From Rhynchobatus australiae (lineage: Eukaryota), in assembly GCA_034780895.1 (NCBI GenBank), contig JAUZTB010000027.1, forward strand, positions 18,578,273 to 18,642,272: a stretch of 64,000 nt of DNA, in the 5' to 3' direction. The notes beneath the pieces were generated by a model. That model had not been told where the DNA came from. It saw only the letters and a program-made list of their open reading frames with translations, and did not search any database. Below, piece after piece: positions 63,351 to 64,000 of the stretch. Position 1 is the stretch's first letter; every line of letters starts with the position of its first letter. Both the position numbers and the translations under genes were made by a program.

Positions 63351-64000
63351 GAAGAACAAAAACAAAAGGTCCTGAGTTTTGGAAGTTCCAACACACTGAA
63401 TGATTATTAAGGACAATGGGAAGTTGTCAAAGGCAGAAGTAACAAAGGTGTTTTGAGGAAAGGGGTGATAATGGTAGTATTAATAGAGGCTACAATATTG
63501 GAATGGAATACTTTTAACAATATCAGCTATTTTAAGGGTTATGTAGAGAAGATGGGGATTAATAGTTTGGTGGGAATTTGATCAATGGATCAGAAGGGGG
63601 CCTCATGGACAAGATGAGCATGAGGAGATGAAACAGTGATACAGGCAAATTCTGATTCTAGGCTAGTTAGAACTTAGTGTCTCGTGGTGTAATTGAATCT
63701 CTAAAATCTGACGGTATGATGTGGTATGACTTCTGATGCAGTGTTTACCAGCCACTGCCATTAGTTGAGCATTGGCTGCCATTGATAAAGGACGTCTGTT
63801 GGTAGCTCGACCTCTGTTATTTGCCTTTATGAGCACAGCACTAAAAAGTCCCACGGAACCACACAGGCATTCAGTTTGGGATGTTGCTGCCTGAGGAATT
63901 ACCGGGGAAACTGCACTGCTGTGAAATACATTGACAATGAGGTTCTCTAGGTCAAGCAGTGATGACGACTGGCCATAGATGTGATGTATACATTGTTGAG

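Overview
Vertebrate genomic DNA, most likely from a cartilaginous fish (ray or shark), judged from its repeat families. The assembly is a gappy draft with many N runs. The only protein-coding segment I recognise is the first coding exon of VPS9D1 (minus strand, 102-194), inside a CpG-island promoter at the left edge; the rest of that gene lies outside the window. The remaining ~63 kb is upstream or intergenic DNA dense in decayed retroelements: CR1, Rex1/Babar, RTE and L2 LINE pieces, tRNA-derived SINEs, and Penelope-like elements (GIY-YIG remnants, minimal hammerhead motifs), plus DNA-transposon relics. I found no exon of ZNF276, the head-to-head neighbour in human. The most unusual signals are multi-hairpin modules in otherwise unique DNA, best at 47827-48169 and 7374-7525, which pair better on the + strand. 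A possible divergent spliced non-coding transcript and a locally templated insertion are also present. All family calls come from motif recognition by eye, not database searches, and repeat boundaries are approximate.
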